From Chlamydiia bacterium (GTDB lineage: Bacteria; Chlamydiota; Chlamydiia; Chlamydiales; 2-12-FULL-49-11): 64,000 nt of DNA. Below the pieces are notes generated by a model, which was given only the letters and a program-made list of their open reading frames with translations, did no database searches and was not told the DNA's origin. The DNA lies in contig JBIKLZ010000002.1 of the NCBI GenBank assembly GCA_044359535.1, forward strand, positions 42,479 to 106,478, in the 5' to 3' direction. Below are positions 1-8,732 of this stretch, one piece after another. Every line of letters starts with the position of its first letter. Within the stretch, counting starts at the first letter, position 1. A program made the translations under genes and the position numbers.

Positions 1-255
1 AAAAAGACCAAGACGTACTGAATCTTGACGACAGTTTCCCCCCTCAACAAACACACAGGATGGATGAGGGTCAAAATAGGGGAGATGTTTTTTTTGACCC
101 ACAATCCGTATTTCAGAAAACAATTGTGATTCAATTAGGGTATCTAGTGGATGCCTATAGAGTTTTTTTTCACCAAGGAAGTGAAACTGTTTTGGAAGGG
201 AAGAACCAAAACGGCTTCCATCGCCCGCACAAAGTAAAATAGCAGCTATTTTCAT
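1..255 (-). CDS. ispD: 2-C-methyl-D-erythritol 4-phosphate cytidylyltransferase, N-terminal part (runs off window start)
   Basis: Not in the ORF track; manual translation from ATG at 255 gives MKIAAILLCAGDGSRFGSSLPKQF...EGGNCRQDSVRLGL, with the AGxGxR, PKQF and GGxxRxxSV IspD motifs. Confidence 0.9.
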   Translation of the reverse strand, partial: MKIAAILLCAGDGSRFGSSLPKQFHFLGEKKLYRHPLDTLIESQLFSEIRIVGQKKHLPYFDPHPSCVFVEGGNCRQDSVRLGLF

Positions 256-268
256 AGAATAAAAGATA

Positions 269-1315
269 TCAGATCAAAAGCTTTAAATCTTCAGATTTTT
301 CCTTAAAAAGGGCTGCTCTTTTTTCCTCAATAGAAAAACTGTGATGTGGAGAGAACGCTTCTAAGTGGGCCCTTCTAACGGGGAAAAAGAGATCAAAATA
401 ATAGGTGTTTGTTTTTGATTGGATCCACCCGAGGCAAATAGCTAAATCAATTGAACTTGCAATATCAAGAGCCTCATGAAATTCAAGACTCTTGCAAAAA
501 AGAATCTGTCCATAGTGTTTTGATACAGTGTTTAAAAGCTCCTTTGGGGGATTTTTTTTAAGGGCCTCATGTGCAGAAATTTCACTTTCAACTAGGGTTT
601 TAGCAATGCTTTGAACATTTGAGCAAATATGCTTTTCGCTGACCCCTAAACAGTATTTATTTGTAGTGATGATTAAATTATGAAGGGCTTTTTTTTCTGC
701 ATTTAAGCCATGTATAAGGGTATGATCACTTTCTTCTATGGTCTTATCTAATACATTGATTGCCGGCAGATGAAGGATCGCTTCTTTTGATAAGCCAGTT
801 CCAAGTGTTGAAGACGATGAGGTTAAAAATCCAAATTTTTCAGAAAATGCAAAGGGGACCCTTTCTTCCATTTTTTCATTTAGGAAATGTAAAAAGGAGA
901 GAATTTCTTCACTGCAATGTTTTTGATCATGAATAAAGAAGGTAAGGTGATCTTCTAAAAAGATAATGGCTACCACCTTGCTATTTGGATCTATAAAAAT
1001 CCCCCCTTCAGGGTGCAAAACCTCTTGCTGTGATATAAAAAGGTGTTCAAAAAAAAGCTGAGAGCAGCCTTGCTCTAATTCACTGCTTTTAAAATACAGC
1101 CCCTCGGGAAAAAGTGAAAAAAGGAGATGTTTAAGTTTTTCTCCTACAAGTTTAGCATCATTTTTAGAAATTCTTTCTGAAAATGGAAATCCGGCAATAT
1201 TTCTCCTTAAAACATACCTGTTTAAGGGGTAAATAGGGGATGCACTATTGATCCACGGCGTAAATCTTTCTAGAACCTCTTTAAAAGAGAGAGGGAATGT
1301 ATCAGGTGCGTGCAT
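269..1315 (-). CDS. mcsB: McsB-family protein arginine kinase / ATP:guanido phosphotransferase homolog (divergent)
   Basis: LRRNIAGFPF, EDHL and FGFLTS...GTGL...LHLPA motifs; directly downstream of mcsA; start moved to MHAPD at 1315. Confidence 0.8.
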   Translation of the reverse strand: MHAPDTFPLSFKEVLERFTPWINSASPIYPLNRYVLRRNIAGFPFSERISKNDAKLVGEKLKHLLFSLFPEGLYFKSSELEQGCSQLFFEHLFISQQEVLHPEGGIFIDPNSKVVAIIFLEDHLTFFIHDQKHCSEEILSFLHFLNEKMEERVPFAFSEKFGFLTSSSSTLGTGLSKEAILHLPAINVLDKTIEESDHTLIHGLNAEKKALHNLIITTNKYCLGVSEKHICSNVQSIAKTLVESEISAHEALKKNPPKELLNTVSKHYGQILFCKSLEFHEALDIASSIDLAICLGWIQSKTNTYYFDLFFPVRRAHLEAFSPHHSFSIEEKRAALFKEKSEDLKLLI

Positions 1316-1814
1316 TTGGATTCTCCAGATGAATTTTAATTTGATCACGAATGTCTGCGGCCTCTTCAAAATGCTCAGATCGAATGGCTTCATTTAATGC
1401 CGTGTGCAACGTTTCAATCGTTTTGGAAAATTCTTGATGGGAGTTTGTTTTTGGAATAGTACCAAAGTGAAAGGGAGAATCTGCAGATAAGGCAAGTCTT
1501 GTTGGGATAATTCCTTGAGTTTGAATTTCTTCTGAAAGAGTATCTTTAAACGTTTCAGCGCAGCAATCACAACCTAGTGTTAAAGTGATCATGAACTCTT
1601 CATGGGTTGTTGCACATACGGGACATTTTAATGCTATGTGGTTAAAAATAGGGAGGTTTAGACCTTCATCAGTTGTTGACTCGTAGAGCTTATCTTTCAA
1701 TAAAGGGCAACTTTTACACATTTTTGAGCAGCGTACTTTTCCCTCTTTCATCTCTTTATAATGAACCTCAGCTTTTCTTATGCACTTATTGCATTCCATA
1801 GGTTTATCACTCAT
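1302..1814 (-). CDS. mcsA: McsA (CxxC motifs plus C-terminal UVR domain)
   Basis: CNKC, CKSC, CPVC, GCDCC; C-terminal EHFEEAADIRDQI UVR motif. Confidence 0.88.
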   Translation of the reverse strand: MSDKPMECNKCIRKAEVHYKEMKEGKVRCSKMCKSCPLLKDKLYESTTDEGLNLPIFNHIALKCPVCATTHEEFMITLTLGCDCCAETFKDTLSEEIQTQGIIPTRLALSADSPFHFGTIPKTNSHQEFSKTIETLHTALNEAIRSEHFEEAADIRDQIKIHLENPNART

Positions 1815-1935
1815 TGGCACCCTCCACATTTGCAGATACTAATTATTAAGATGTTTTTTGCAAGAAAAACACTTTATATTTGCAATAATTAAAAAAATGT
1901 TAATTATTACGTTTAACAATAATAAAGGAATTTTT

Positions 1936-2352
1936 ATGAAAATAAAAGCAAAGAAGACGGTTTTTTATACTTTAGGATTAGGGGCTCTTTTTTTTGGGGC
2001 AACTCAACTTTATCCAAGTCAAAATGGAAATGTGCAAAACAATACTGAAGTAGAAGAGCCTTCTATGTCAGGATCTTCCTCTCAGAAAAAGGATCCGTCT
2101 ATGACCCATATTTCGAAAAGAAAACAGGCAATTCGTTCTTTAAGTCCAAAAAATAAGGCGGTATTTCATACACTAAGTCAAAAGGATCAGCAGGTAGTTG
2201 TCGATTCTTATGTCAATGGGGATGGGGCACAAAGTGGATTGAATAAGGTTTTAAGTGAGGATGCAAACAAGTACAATTCAAAGGGTGAAATGATATCTCC
2301 TGCAGAAAATAAAGATTCACCTGCAAATAGATCGTTGAAACGAAATATGTAG
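1936..2352 (+). CDS. Hypothetical exported protein, paralog of next gene
   Basis: Basic then hydrophobic N-terminus; SD-like AAGGA upstream; helical segment shared with 2359..2712. Confidence 0.6.
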   Translation: MKIKAKKTVFYTLGLGALFFGATQLYPSQNGNVQNNTEVEEPSMSGSSSQKKDPSMTHISKRKQAIRSLSPKNKAVFHTLSQKDQQVVVDSYVNGDGAQSGLNKVLSEDANKYNSKGEMISPAENKDSPANRSLKRNM

Positions 2353-2358
2353 AGGTCT

Positions 2359-2712
2359 ATGAAGCGTCTTTGCCTCCTTTGCCTATATTTTGGAGCCCTT
2401 GTTTTTGCTGAACCTTTTAAAAAAGAGGGGGATGGGACTTTTTTAGAAGGGTTGCCCCCTGACCAAAAGGCTATGGTTGAAAGGCTTAGCCCTTTATATC
2501 AAAAAATTTATATATATGCATTGAGTTTCGATCAAAAAGAGGCTATTGTCGTTTTTTACAGAAGGGGTGAAAATCCCTACACAGCTATTGATAATGTCTT
2601 AAAAAGAGATAGAAAGACACATGATTCAACACTTAAAAAACAGCCCCCTGTAAGGGGAACCACTCAAAAGTCTTCATTAAAGAAAAGTTACTTTTTTTCT
2701 TTAAAAAATTAG
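2359..2712 (+). CDS. Hypothetical exported protein
   Basis: Signal peptide-like MKRLCLLCLYFGALVFA; GAGG upstream. Confidence 0.6.
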   Translation: MKRLCLLCLYFGALVFAEPFKKEGDGTFLEGLPPDQKAMVERLSPLYQKIYIYALSFDQKEAIVVFYRRGENPYTAIDNVLKRDRKTHDSTLKKQPPVRGTTQKSSLKKSYFFSLKN

Positions 2713-2763
2713 GAAATGATAATCATTGAATTTGATATGTAATGTATCTATAATATAATTATT

Positions 2764-4512
2764 ATGATTAATTTTAGAAATGACCATTATCCATCTAGGT
2801 ATGGATATCTTAAAGGCCAACCTCAAGTTCCCCCCCTTGATGAACTTACCCAAAAGCTATATTTTATTTCAAAGGGTCAAAAAGGACAAACAGCAAGTGC
2901 TGTTGAAGCAATAGCTGTAAACATTCTTAGACATCTAAATCCAACAATTTTACAACTCAGCCGTGTATTTAATTCTTTAGCGGTTATAAAAAAAGATAAA
3001 GGTTATCAAAATCAAGCACTTATCCAATGGGGTCTTTCTTCCTTAGAAAAAAGAGGACTTCAAAATGTAACCGATGGAGGTAATTGTTTCCAAGCTTTAG
3101 CAAAATTAGGAGAAATAAAGGATGGGATGGAAGAAAGGTTTGTAGCTTTTTTTCAACACAATCTAGACAAGGCAGATGAAAAGGGTTTAAGTTATATCGC
3201 AAACGGACTCATACATTTAGGATCTGAACATAAGAATGAGGGGTTAATAAGAAAAATTGATGAAATAGTACAAAAAATCTATTTACGTATGGACCCTTCA
3301 AGGAAAGTTTTATTTTTAGCGCTATTTTCAAAGTCACCATTGTTAGGAAGATTAGAGTCTCCTTTACTCCTTATAAAAAGTTTGAAGGACAAAGTAGAGA
3401 ATCTAGAGATAAGAAGTATTGAAATGTTAATTTTTGCTCTTCTAAAGATGGATCAAAAACAGGGAAAGCTTAATTCAATCATGAATAGAATCCTAAAGTA
3501 TGCAATGAACAATCGTTCACCTAGCGTGTATGAAAAAAGATTTGTCTTTTTAGAGTTGGCGTTATTTTATTCAATTGGTGGTCTTGCAAAACAATATATT
3601 GAAAAGATTATAAGAGATTATCTTGCTAATAGCAAGAGTATGCCATTAGAAGATACTATTACTTTGACTCGAAAAATCGGCCTACTTGATACTCAAGAGG
3701 ATGTAATTATAGAAAGGCTTGTTTCAGTCACCCTTGATAATATCGATGCATTTGAACCTGATTCTTTTTTAAAACAATATATGAACCTTTCTAGGGTTGG
3801 GATTTGTAATAAAGAACTTTTTAAAAAAGTCTCTAATCAGGAGTGTTTAAAAGCGTTTAAAAAATTAACCATGAATGAAAAAAGTGCTATTTTTTGGGAA
3901 ATGGTCAAAAGTGTACCTAAAAAAAGATACCGCACATTGCTTCTTCCTTTTTTTAAGGCATTGGATCTTGAACAATGTTCTAATAGTTCGAGTAAAAATT
4001 GTATGGTGTTATCCTATCACACGTTAGAAGCTGTCTATAAGATTGATTTCCTACCTAAGGTAAAAGAGCAGATCGCTATATTTGAGAGAGAACTGATTCA
4101 ATTACAAAAAAATGAAGTGCAAGCGAATAAAGCTCATCAGGACATTTCACAAACGCTAATAAAGATGGAAATAGAACATGAAAATGAAGCCTTTGTTTTA
4201 GGATTTTTTGTCGATATTTTAATTAAAGAACCAAAAATCATCATAGAGGTCGATGGAAAGTCTCATGATATGTATAGAAGAAGGTTATCTGATAAGGTAA
4301 AAAATGAAGTTTTAAGAGCAAATGGGTACCTTTTGCTCCGTCTTTCAGTGGATGCATTTTCAGACTTACCTGAGGATGAATTAAAGAGTATGATCAGAAT
4401 AAAATTGAACGACTTGCTAAAAAGTGCAGAGGAAAAAGGGGCAACAGGATCTGCTCAAAAAAGAAAAATCTCTAATTATGAAAAGGGTATGAAAAGAAAA
4501 AGAAGTGGATGA
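2764..4512 (+). CDS. Helical protein with C-terminal RAP/DUF559-like PD-(D/E)XK-fold domain (FASTK-like architecture)
   Basis: C-terminal GFFVDILI...IIIEVDGKSH...KNEVLRANGYLLLRL; long Leu-rich, apparently helical N-terminal region. Confidence 0.7.
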   Translation: MINFRNDHYPSRYGYLKGQPQVPPLDELTQKLYFISKGQKGQTASAVEAIAVNILRHLNPTILQLSRVFNSLAVIKKDKGYQNQALIQWGLSSLEKRGLQNVTDGGNCFQALAKLGEIKDGMEERFVAFFQHNLDKADEKGLSYIANGLIHLGSEHKNEGLIRKIDEIVQKIYLRMDPSRKVLFLALFSKSPLLGRLESPLLLIKSLKDKVENLEIRSIEMLIFALLKMDQKQGKLNSIMNRILKYAMNNRSPSVYEKRFVFLELALFYSIGGLAKQYIEKIIRDYLANSKSMPLEDTITLTRKIGLLDTQEDVIIERLVSVTLDNIDAFEPDSFLKQYMNLSRVGICNKELFKKVSNQECLKAFKKLTMNEKSAIFWEMVKSVPKKRYRTLLLPFFKALDLEQCSNSSSKNCMVLSYHTLEAVYKIDFLPKVKEQIAIFERELIQLQKNEVQANKAHQDISQTLIKMEIEHENEAFVLGFFVDILIKEPKIIIEVDGKSHDMYRRRLSDKVKNEVLRANGYLLLRLSVDAFSDLPEDELKSMIRIKLNDLLKSAEEKGATGSAQKRKISNYEKGMKRKRSG

Positions 4513-5353
4513 TATTGATGGTAAAGTGTGAGAAAATTGCACTTTCAACCGATCCTGAAAAGTGAAATATCGTTCCATAAAGAATTGAACCTATAAAGCA
4601 GGCGGCTAAGAAGGGGATATTTAGACTAAAAAAGAGTTGAGTAGATGTAAAAAGAAGAGAGACAACTAAAATAGCTAGAATGGGGGCTGCTTTATTTGAT
4701 AGATTCTTTGTGATCTCATTTTGTAAAAAACCTCTATAAAATACCTCTTCTGGAATGACAACAAAAAAAAGATGTATGACAAGCCAATAAAGGGTTATAG
4801 AAGGAAATTTTACATCTAGTTCCACTAAATGACTAAATTTTGAAAAACCAAGGAGGATAAATGCGCTAAAAGCTATCCAGGGGATGCAGATAAGGAGGGT
4901 ATGTTTCCACTGCTCTTTGGTTTTTAGAACCTGAATGTATAAACCAAGGATCAAAATAGCAAGAGAGGCTCTATCAAAATTAAGATAGATATTCATTGGA
5001 ACAGAGGATGAGCCAAAAGTGATTTCTTTAAACAGCAAAAGATTATGAAAACCACCAATCATATGGGTCATCAATCCTACCCCAATAATAGCAATTGTCA
5101 TTGAAGAAAAAAGATGGACAAACCTTTTTAAATTAAACTTTAAAAAAACAAGGGCAATGAGAAGAAGGGTAATAGGGAAAAGGGATGGATAGGTGACTAT
5201 CCCTCCGTAGTATCCAAAGACGTAGCTTACTATGTATAAAGGGATGAAAAGGGCGTACTTAGGAACTACCCAGCAGCTTACTAGTGTGCATAAAAGAAAG
5301 AAGTATGAGGCAAAAGCAAGGGGGTTAGAAAAGAGTATAGATAGTGTGCTCAT
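4472..5353 (-). CDS. CPBP (Abi/CAAX type II) intramembrane glutamic endopeptidase family
   Basis: Multi-pass hydrophobic protein; PEEVFYRG and HFTIN motifs. Confidence 0.85.
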   Translation of the reverse strand: MSTLSILFSNPLAFASYFFLLCTLVSCWVVPKYALFIPLYIVSYVFGYYGGIVTYPSLFPITLLLIALVFLKFNLKRFVHLFSSMTIAIIGVGLMTHMIGGFHNLLLFKEITFGSSSVPMNIYLNFDRASLAILILGLYIQVLKTKEQWKHTLLICIPWIAFSAFILLGFSKFSHLVELDVKFPSITLYWLVIHLFFVVIPEEVFYRGFLQNEITKNLSNKAAPILAILVVSLLFTSTQLFFSLNIPFLAACFIGSILYGTIFHFSGSVESAIFSHFTINIIHFFFFSYPFHN

Positions 5354-5359
5354 AATGTC

Positions 5360-5388
5360 AATATAGGGTTCTATCTTATTTCTGTAAA
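5360..5388 (-). promoter_or_regulatory. Putative sigma66/70 promoter of the CPBP gene, leaderless geometry
   Basis: TTTACA-17 nt-TATATT-6 nt-ATG on the minus strand. Confidence 0.5.
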
Positions 5389-6335
5389 GGGTGTTCTAAA
5401 TAATGTAATATTTCTTTAAGGATCCTTTGATTGTGATATTCCCAAGAAAAAAGCTGTACAGTTTCAGACTGATTAAAAGTAATAATCGCATCAATATAGG
5501 TCATGTAGGTTTTTTCATCCATTGTAGCAAGAAATGTGTGAAGCTCCTCTAAGGTACTAAAATTTCTTGCATCAATAAAGGTCTCTTTAGGAATAAGATC
5601 TGTGATTTTTGAGGAGCCTAAGTAAATAGGGACACATAGATTATTAAAAGATTCAAAAATTTTTTCAGAAATATAATAGTGATCATTTAACCAATTTTCA
5701 TAGCAAATATTGAATTTATGCTCTTTAAAAACAGTGGTTTTATCCTCTGCCATCCCTTTAAATATTGGATCAAACCCCCTTTCCCAACCCCGTTTTCCAT
5801 ATAAAGAAAAACAGGAGGGGTGATATTTTCTATAGAATTTGCAAATTTTTTTTCTTGAAGAGTATAGTTCTTTGGGATGGCTTCTTGTTAAGTGTGAATT
5901 GACCATACAGAGAAGTTTTCTTTCCGAAAACGGGAGAAGATCAAAAGATGTAAAATCTGTTTTATGATCGCAAGGATAGTAAAATTTTTTTATTTTTTCA
6001 CCCACAGATAGATCATGGTTCCATGTAAAAATAGATAAGTACTCTTTGTACTCATCAAAATATTCATGACTTTTTACTATCACAGGGGGTTCAAAGGTAG
6101 AAATAATTGTTTTGTATCTATAATCCTTTAAGAAGGGTTTTATGTTACAACTCACAAGTAGGTCATAGGCATCAAAATCGCCATCCTTCCAGATCAAATC
6201 CACTTTGTGACCAAGGGGAGTAAGGTGTGCTTCAAGGAAAGGTTTGATATAAGGGGCCTTATGGGTCCACCCTAAAACACCTACATTTGCTCCAAAAAGA
6301 GATAGGGAGGAAAAAAGATAAAGGATATATTTCAT
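5376..6335 (-). CDS. Glycosyltransferase family 10 (alpha-1,3-fucosyltransferase-like) with signal-peptide-like N-terminus
   Basis: HKFNICYENW...YISEKIFESF...CVPIYLGS GT10 motif. Confidence 0.85.
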   Translation of the reverse strand: MKYILYLFSSLSLFGANVGVLGWTHKAPYIKPFLEAHLTPLGHKVDLIWKDGDFDAYDLLVSCNIKPFLKDYRYKTIISTFEPPVIVKSHEYFDEYKEYLSIFTWNHDLSVGEKIKKFYYPCDHKTDFTSFDLLPFSERKLLCMVNSHLTRSHPKELYSSRKKICKFYRKYHPSCFSLYGKRGWERGFDPIFKGMAEDKTTVFKEHKFNICYENWLNDHYYISEKIFESFNNLCVPIYLGSSKITDLIPKETFIDARNFSTLEELHTFLATMDEKTYMTYIDAIITFNQSETVQLFSWEYHNQRILKEILHYLEHPLQK

Positions 6336-7318
6336 TTTCTTTTTTCCAAAAGACTTTCATTCACAACTTTAGAAACACTTTCAATGTAGTGTTCTAAACG
6401 GAAAAGTGCGCTTGCAGGAGATCTATCAAACGCTTCTATTGCTTTAATGTATTCCATCCATCTTTCTTCACTCATTGTGTCAATATAGGTATGAAGCTCT
6501 TCAATTGAATTAAAACTTCTAGCATCTATAAAGGTCTCTTTTGGGATGTAATCTGTGATTTTTGATGACCCGTAATAAATAGGGACACACCGATTTTGCA
6601 AACAGTGAAGGATTTTTTCAGAAATATAGTGGAAATCATTATCCCAATTTTCGTAACAATAACAGAATTTATGGTCTCTTAAAATAGCGTGTTTGTTATC
6701 ACAGCGCCCCTTATAGATAGAAAGTTTGCATTTTTCCCACCCTCTACTTCCGTACAAGTTCAATTTTTCTGGAAAATTAGAAGTGTAAAACTCAGCAATG
6801 CGCCTTCTTTCAGTGTAAAGTTCTTTTGGATCTTTAAACACATCGGCAAGATACCCACTTATAAGACAGGCAAATGAACGGTCATTGAAAGGTTTATATT
6901 CGGGATATACCCCTTGATAATGGGGAAAAAAGCCTTTAAAAAATTTTTTACCATCATAGAGGTCGTGATTCCATGTAAATACTTTATAATAGGAAGCTAG
7001 GTAGGAAGGGTTTGAAAATCTTTTTATTACAGGGCGAGGTTCAGTTACAAAAAGGATTGTTTTTTGTTTAATTTTTGCCGAAAAATTAATATCTAAAATG
7101 GTAAGTAATAGATCGTAGGTGTCTAAGGTTTTGTTAGATGAGGGGTCAAAATAGACCATTTCTGCTTGATGACCCTGTTCTTGAAATCGTTTGATCAGTT
7201 CATTTGGGTGTTCAAAAGCAGTATTAAAAGGGGCCTGTTTTAAGCAAATTAAGCCGATTTTTCCAGAAAATAGAGATGAAAGGGGCAATAGGCAAATGAG
7301 TAAAAATTTAAATTTCAT
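6332..7318 (-). CDS. Glycosyltransferase family 10, tandem paralog
   Basis: HKFCYCYENW...YISEKILHCL...CVPIYYGS; both genes share the IPKETFIDAR segment. Confidence 0.85.
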   Translation of the reverse strand: MKFKFLLICLLPLSSLFSGKIGLICLKQAPFNTAFEHPNELIKRFQEQGHQAEMVYFDPSSNKTLDTYDLLLTILDINFSAKIKQKTILFVTEPRPVIKRFSNPSYLASYYKVFTWNHDLYDGKKFFKGFFPHYQGVYPEYKPFNDRSFACLISGYLADVFKDPKELYTERRRIAEFYTSNFPEKLNLYGSRGWEKCKLSIYKGRCDNKHAILRDHKFCYCYENWDNDFHYISEKILHCLQNRCVPIYYGSSKITDYIPKETFIDARSFNSIEELHTYIDTMSEERWMEYIKAIEAFDRSPASALFRLEHYIESVSKVVNESLLEKRK

Positions 7319-7506
7319 CTTAGTTCCTTGTAGAAAGAATGAAACAATACCAAAAATGGAGAATTTTTTTAAAGAAAAAAATGAGACCAGAGATCTTATA
7401 TGAAAATAAAAAATTTTTTATTATATTCTTTATTTCATTTTTTTGTTAAAATAGTTTCATCATTAAAATAATATGAGGGGAATCATGAGCTTTAGTGTAA
7501 ATAATA

Positions 7507-8670
7507 ATGCAGGGGTTGTTGGAGCATTTCAAGTCGAAAAACAACCAGTTTATCCTACAGGATAAAGATGGTGATGGAACATTAAGTAGGGTACAAGCAA
7601 TTGGACAAAAGATGTTGGCCCCTTCAGAAAATGATGAGGGTGCACAAGTTAAATATTTGAAATATTTGGCAAAGGGGGGATCGTTTGATCCCACTACAGT
7701 GGAAAAAAAAGATAGGGAAAACATATTTAAAGCTATTTTTATTAGCGGTTTAACCGCTATAATTGGTGATGCACAACTAAGTGACTATCAAAAGCACTCT
7801 TGTGTGCATGAGTATTTTCAACAGCAGTATGCAAAAGATAAAGAGATTTTTAAATGCCTTAGAGAAGGTGGAGAATTGTTGAAAGAGGTTGTTTCTCTAT
7901 GTCACACTGAAAAGTGTGATGCTAACCTTTTTTTTAAAAATAGCAAGTCATGCTTGTCACTAATCTCTTTTCTTGATGAGCGGATTCAAAATTATAATAG
8001 GTCTTTATTCCCCAGTTTCATCTATTGTCCAGAATTTATAGAGGCCTTCCTCGCAAGTAGATTTGCAAGTCATATTTCTCATGCCTTTTTTACTCAAGCA
8101 TCGATAGACTTTGTTTCACAAGTGATTAGAAAATGGAAGATAGAGGACGTTGTTGAAGTGGGTTGTGGATCTGGGTATTTAGGGTGGCAGATTGAATTTC
8201 TTATAAAGGAGATAAGTAAACAATCAAAGGGGATGTGTTATCCGTTTCCTTATGCAGGCTATGAACTGCAATCTTATAGAGGAAGTGTAATTAGTGATTA
8301 TTTAGAGCGGAGCATTATAAAAAATAAGGATCCTAAAGATTTTTCATATTTAAAGCAATGGGTCAAATATGGGCCAACAACCCTTTTTCTCTCTTATGTT
8401 CAACCTGAGTCTTCCGAGTGCACAATGGGTGTGGATGCATTAACTACCTACTGTAGATTCTGTAAAGAATATGGGAAATTACCTACGTTATTCCTTATTT
8501 CAGATGGTGATTTGACCGATGGCCCGCAATTTAGAACAATTTTAGCCACATATTTTAAAAAGATATCTGGATGTTCCATGAAAGGGCACATCGGAGCAGA
8601 GAGCCCTGTCATTGAATTTTATGAGGGAAGAAAAGGCGCTTTTGATACAACTCATGGGTGTTTTTTATAA
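7507..8670 (+). CDS. Hypothetical protein with C-terminal class I SAM-binding motif
   Basis: VVEVGCGSGYLG resembles methyltransferase motif I; N-terminal half not recognised. Confidence 0.5.
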   Translation: MQGLLEHFKSKNNQFILQDKDGDGTLSRVQAIGQKMLAPSENDEGAQVKYLKYLAKGGSFDPTTVEKKDRENIFKAIFISGLTAIIGDAQLSDYQKHSCVHEYFQQQYAKDKEIFKCLREGGELLKEVVSLCHTEKCDANLFFKNSKSCLSLISFLDERIQNYNRSLFPSFIYCPEFIEAFLASRFASHISHAFFTQASIDFVSQVIRKWKIEDVVEVGCGSGYLGWQIEFLIKEISKQSKGMCYPFPYAGYELQSYRGSVISDYLERSIIKNKDPKDFSYLKQWVKYGPTTLFLSYVQPESSECTMGVDALTTYCRFCKEYGKLPTLFLISDGDLTDGPQFRTILATYFKKISGCSMKGHIGAESPVIEFYEGRKGAFDTTHGCFL

Positions 8671-8732
8671 AGGGCCGTCTCTTTTAACAAAAAGCTTGGA
8701 AAAATTTAAGGAATTTGTATGGTTAGGCTTCT

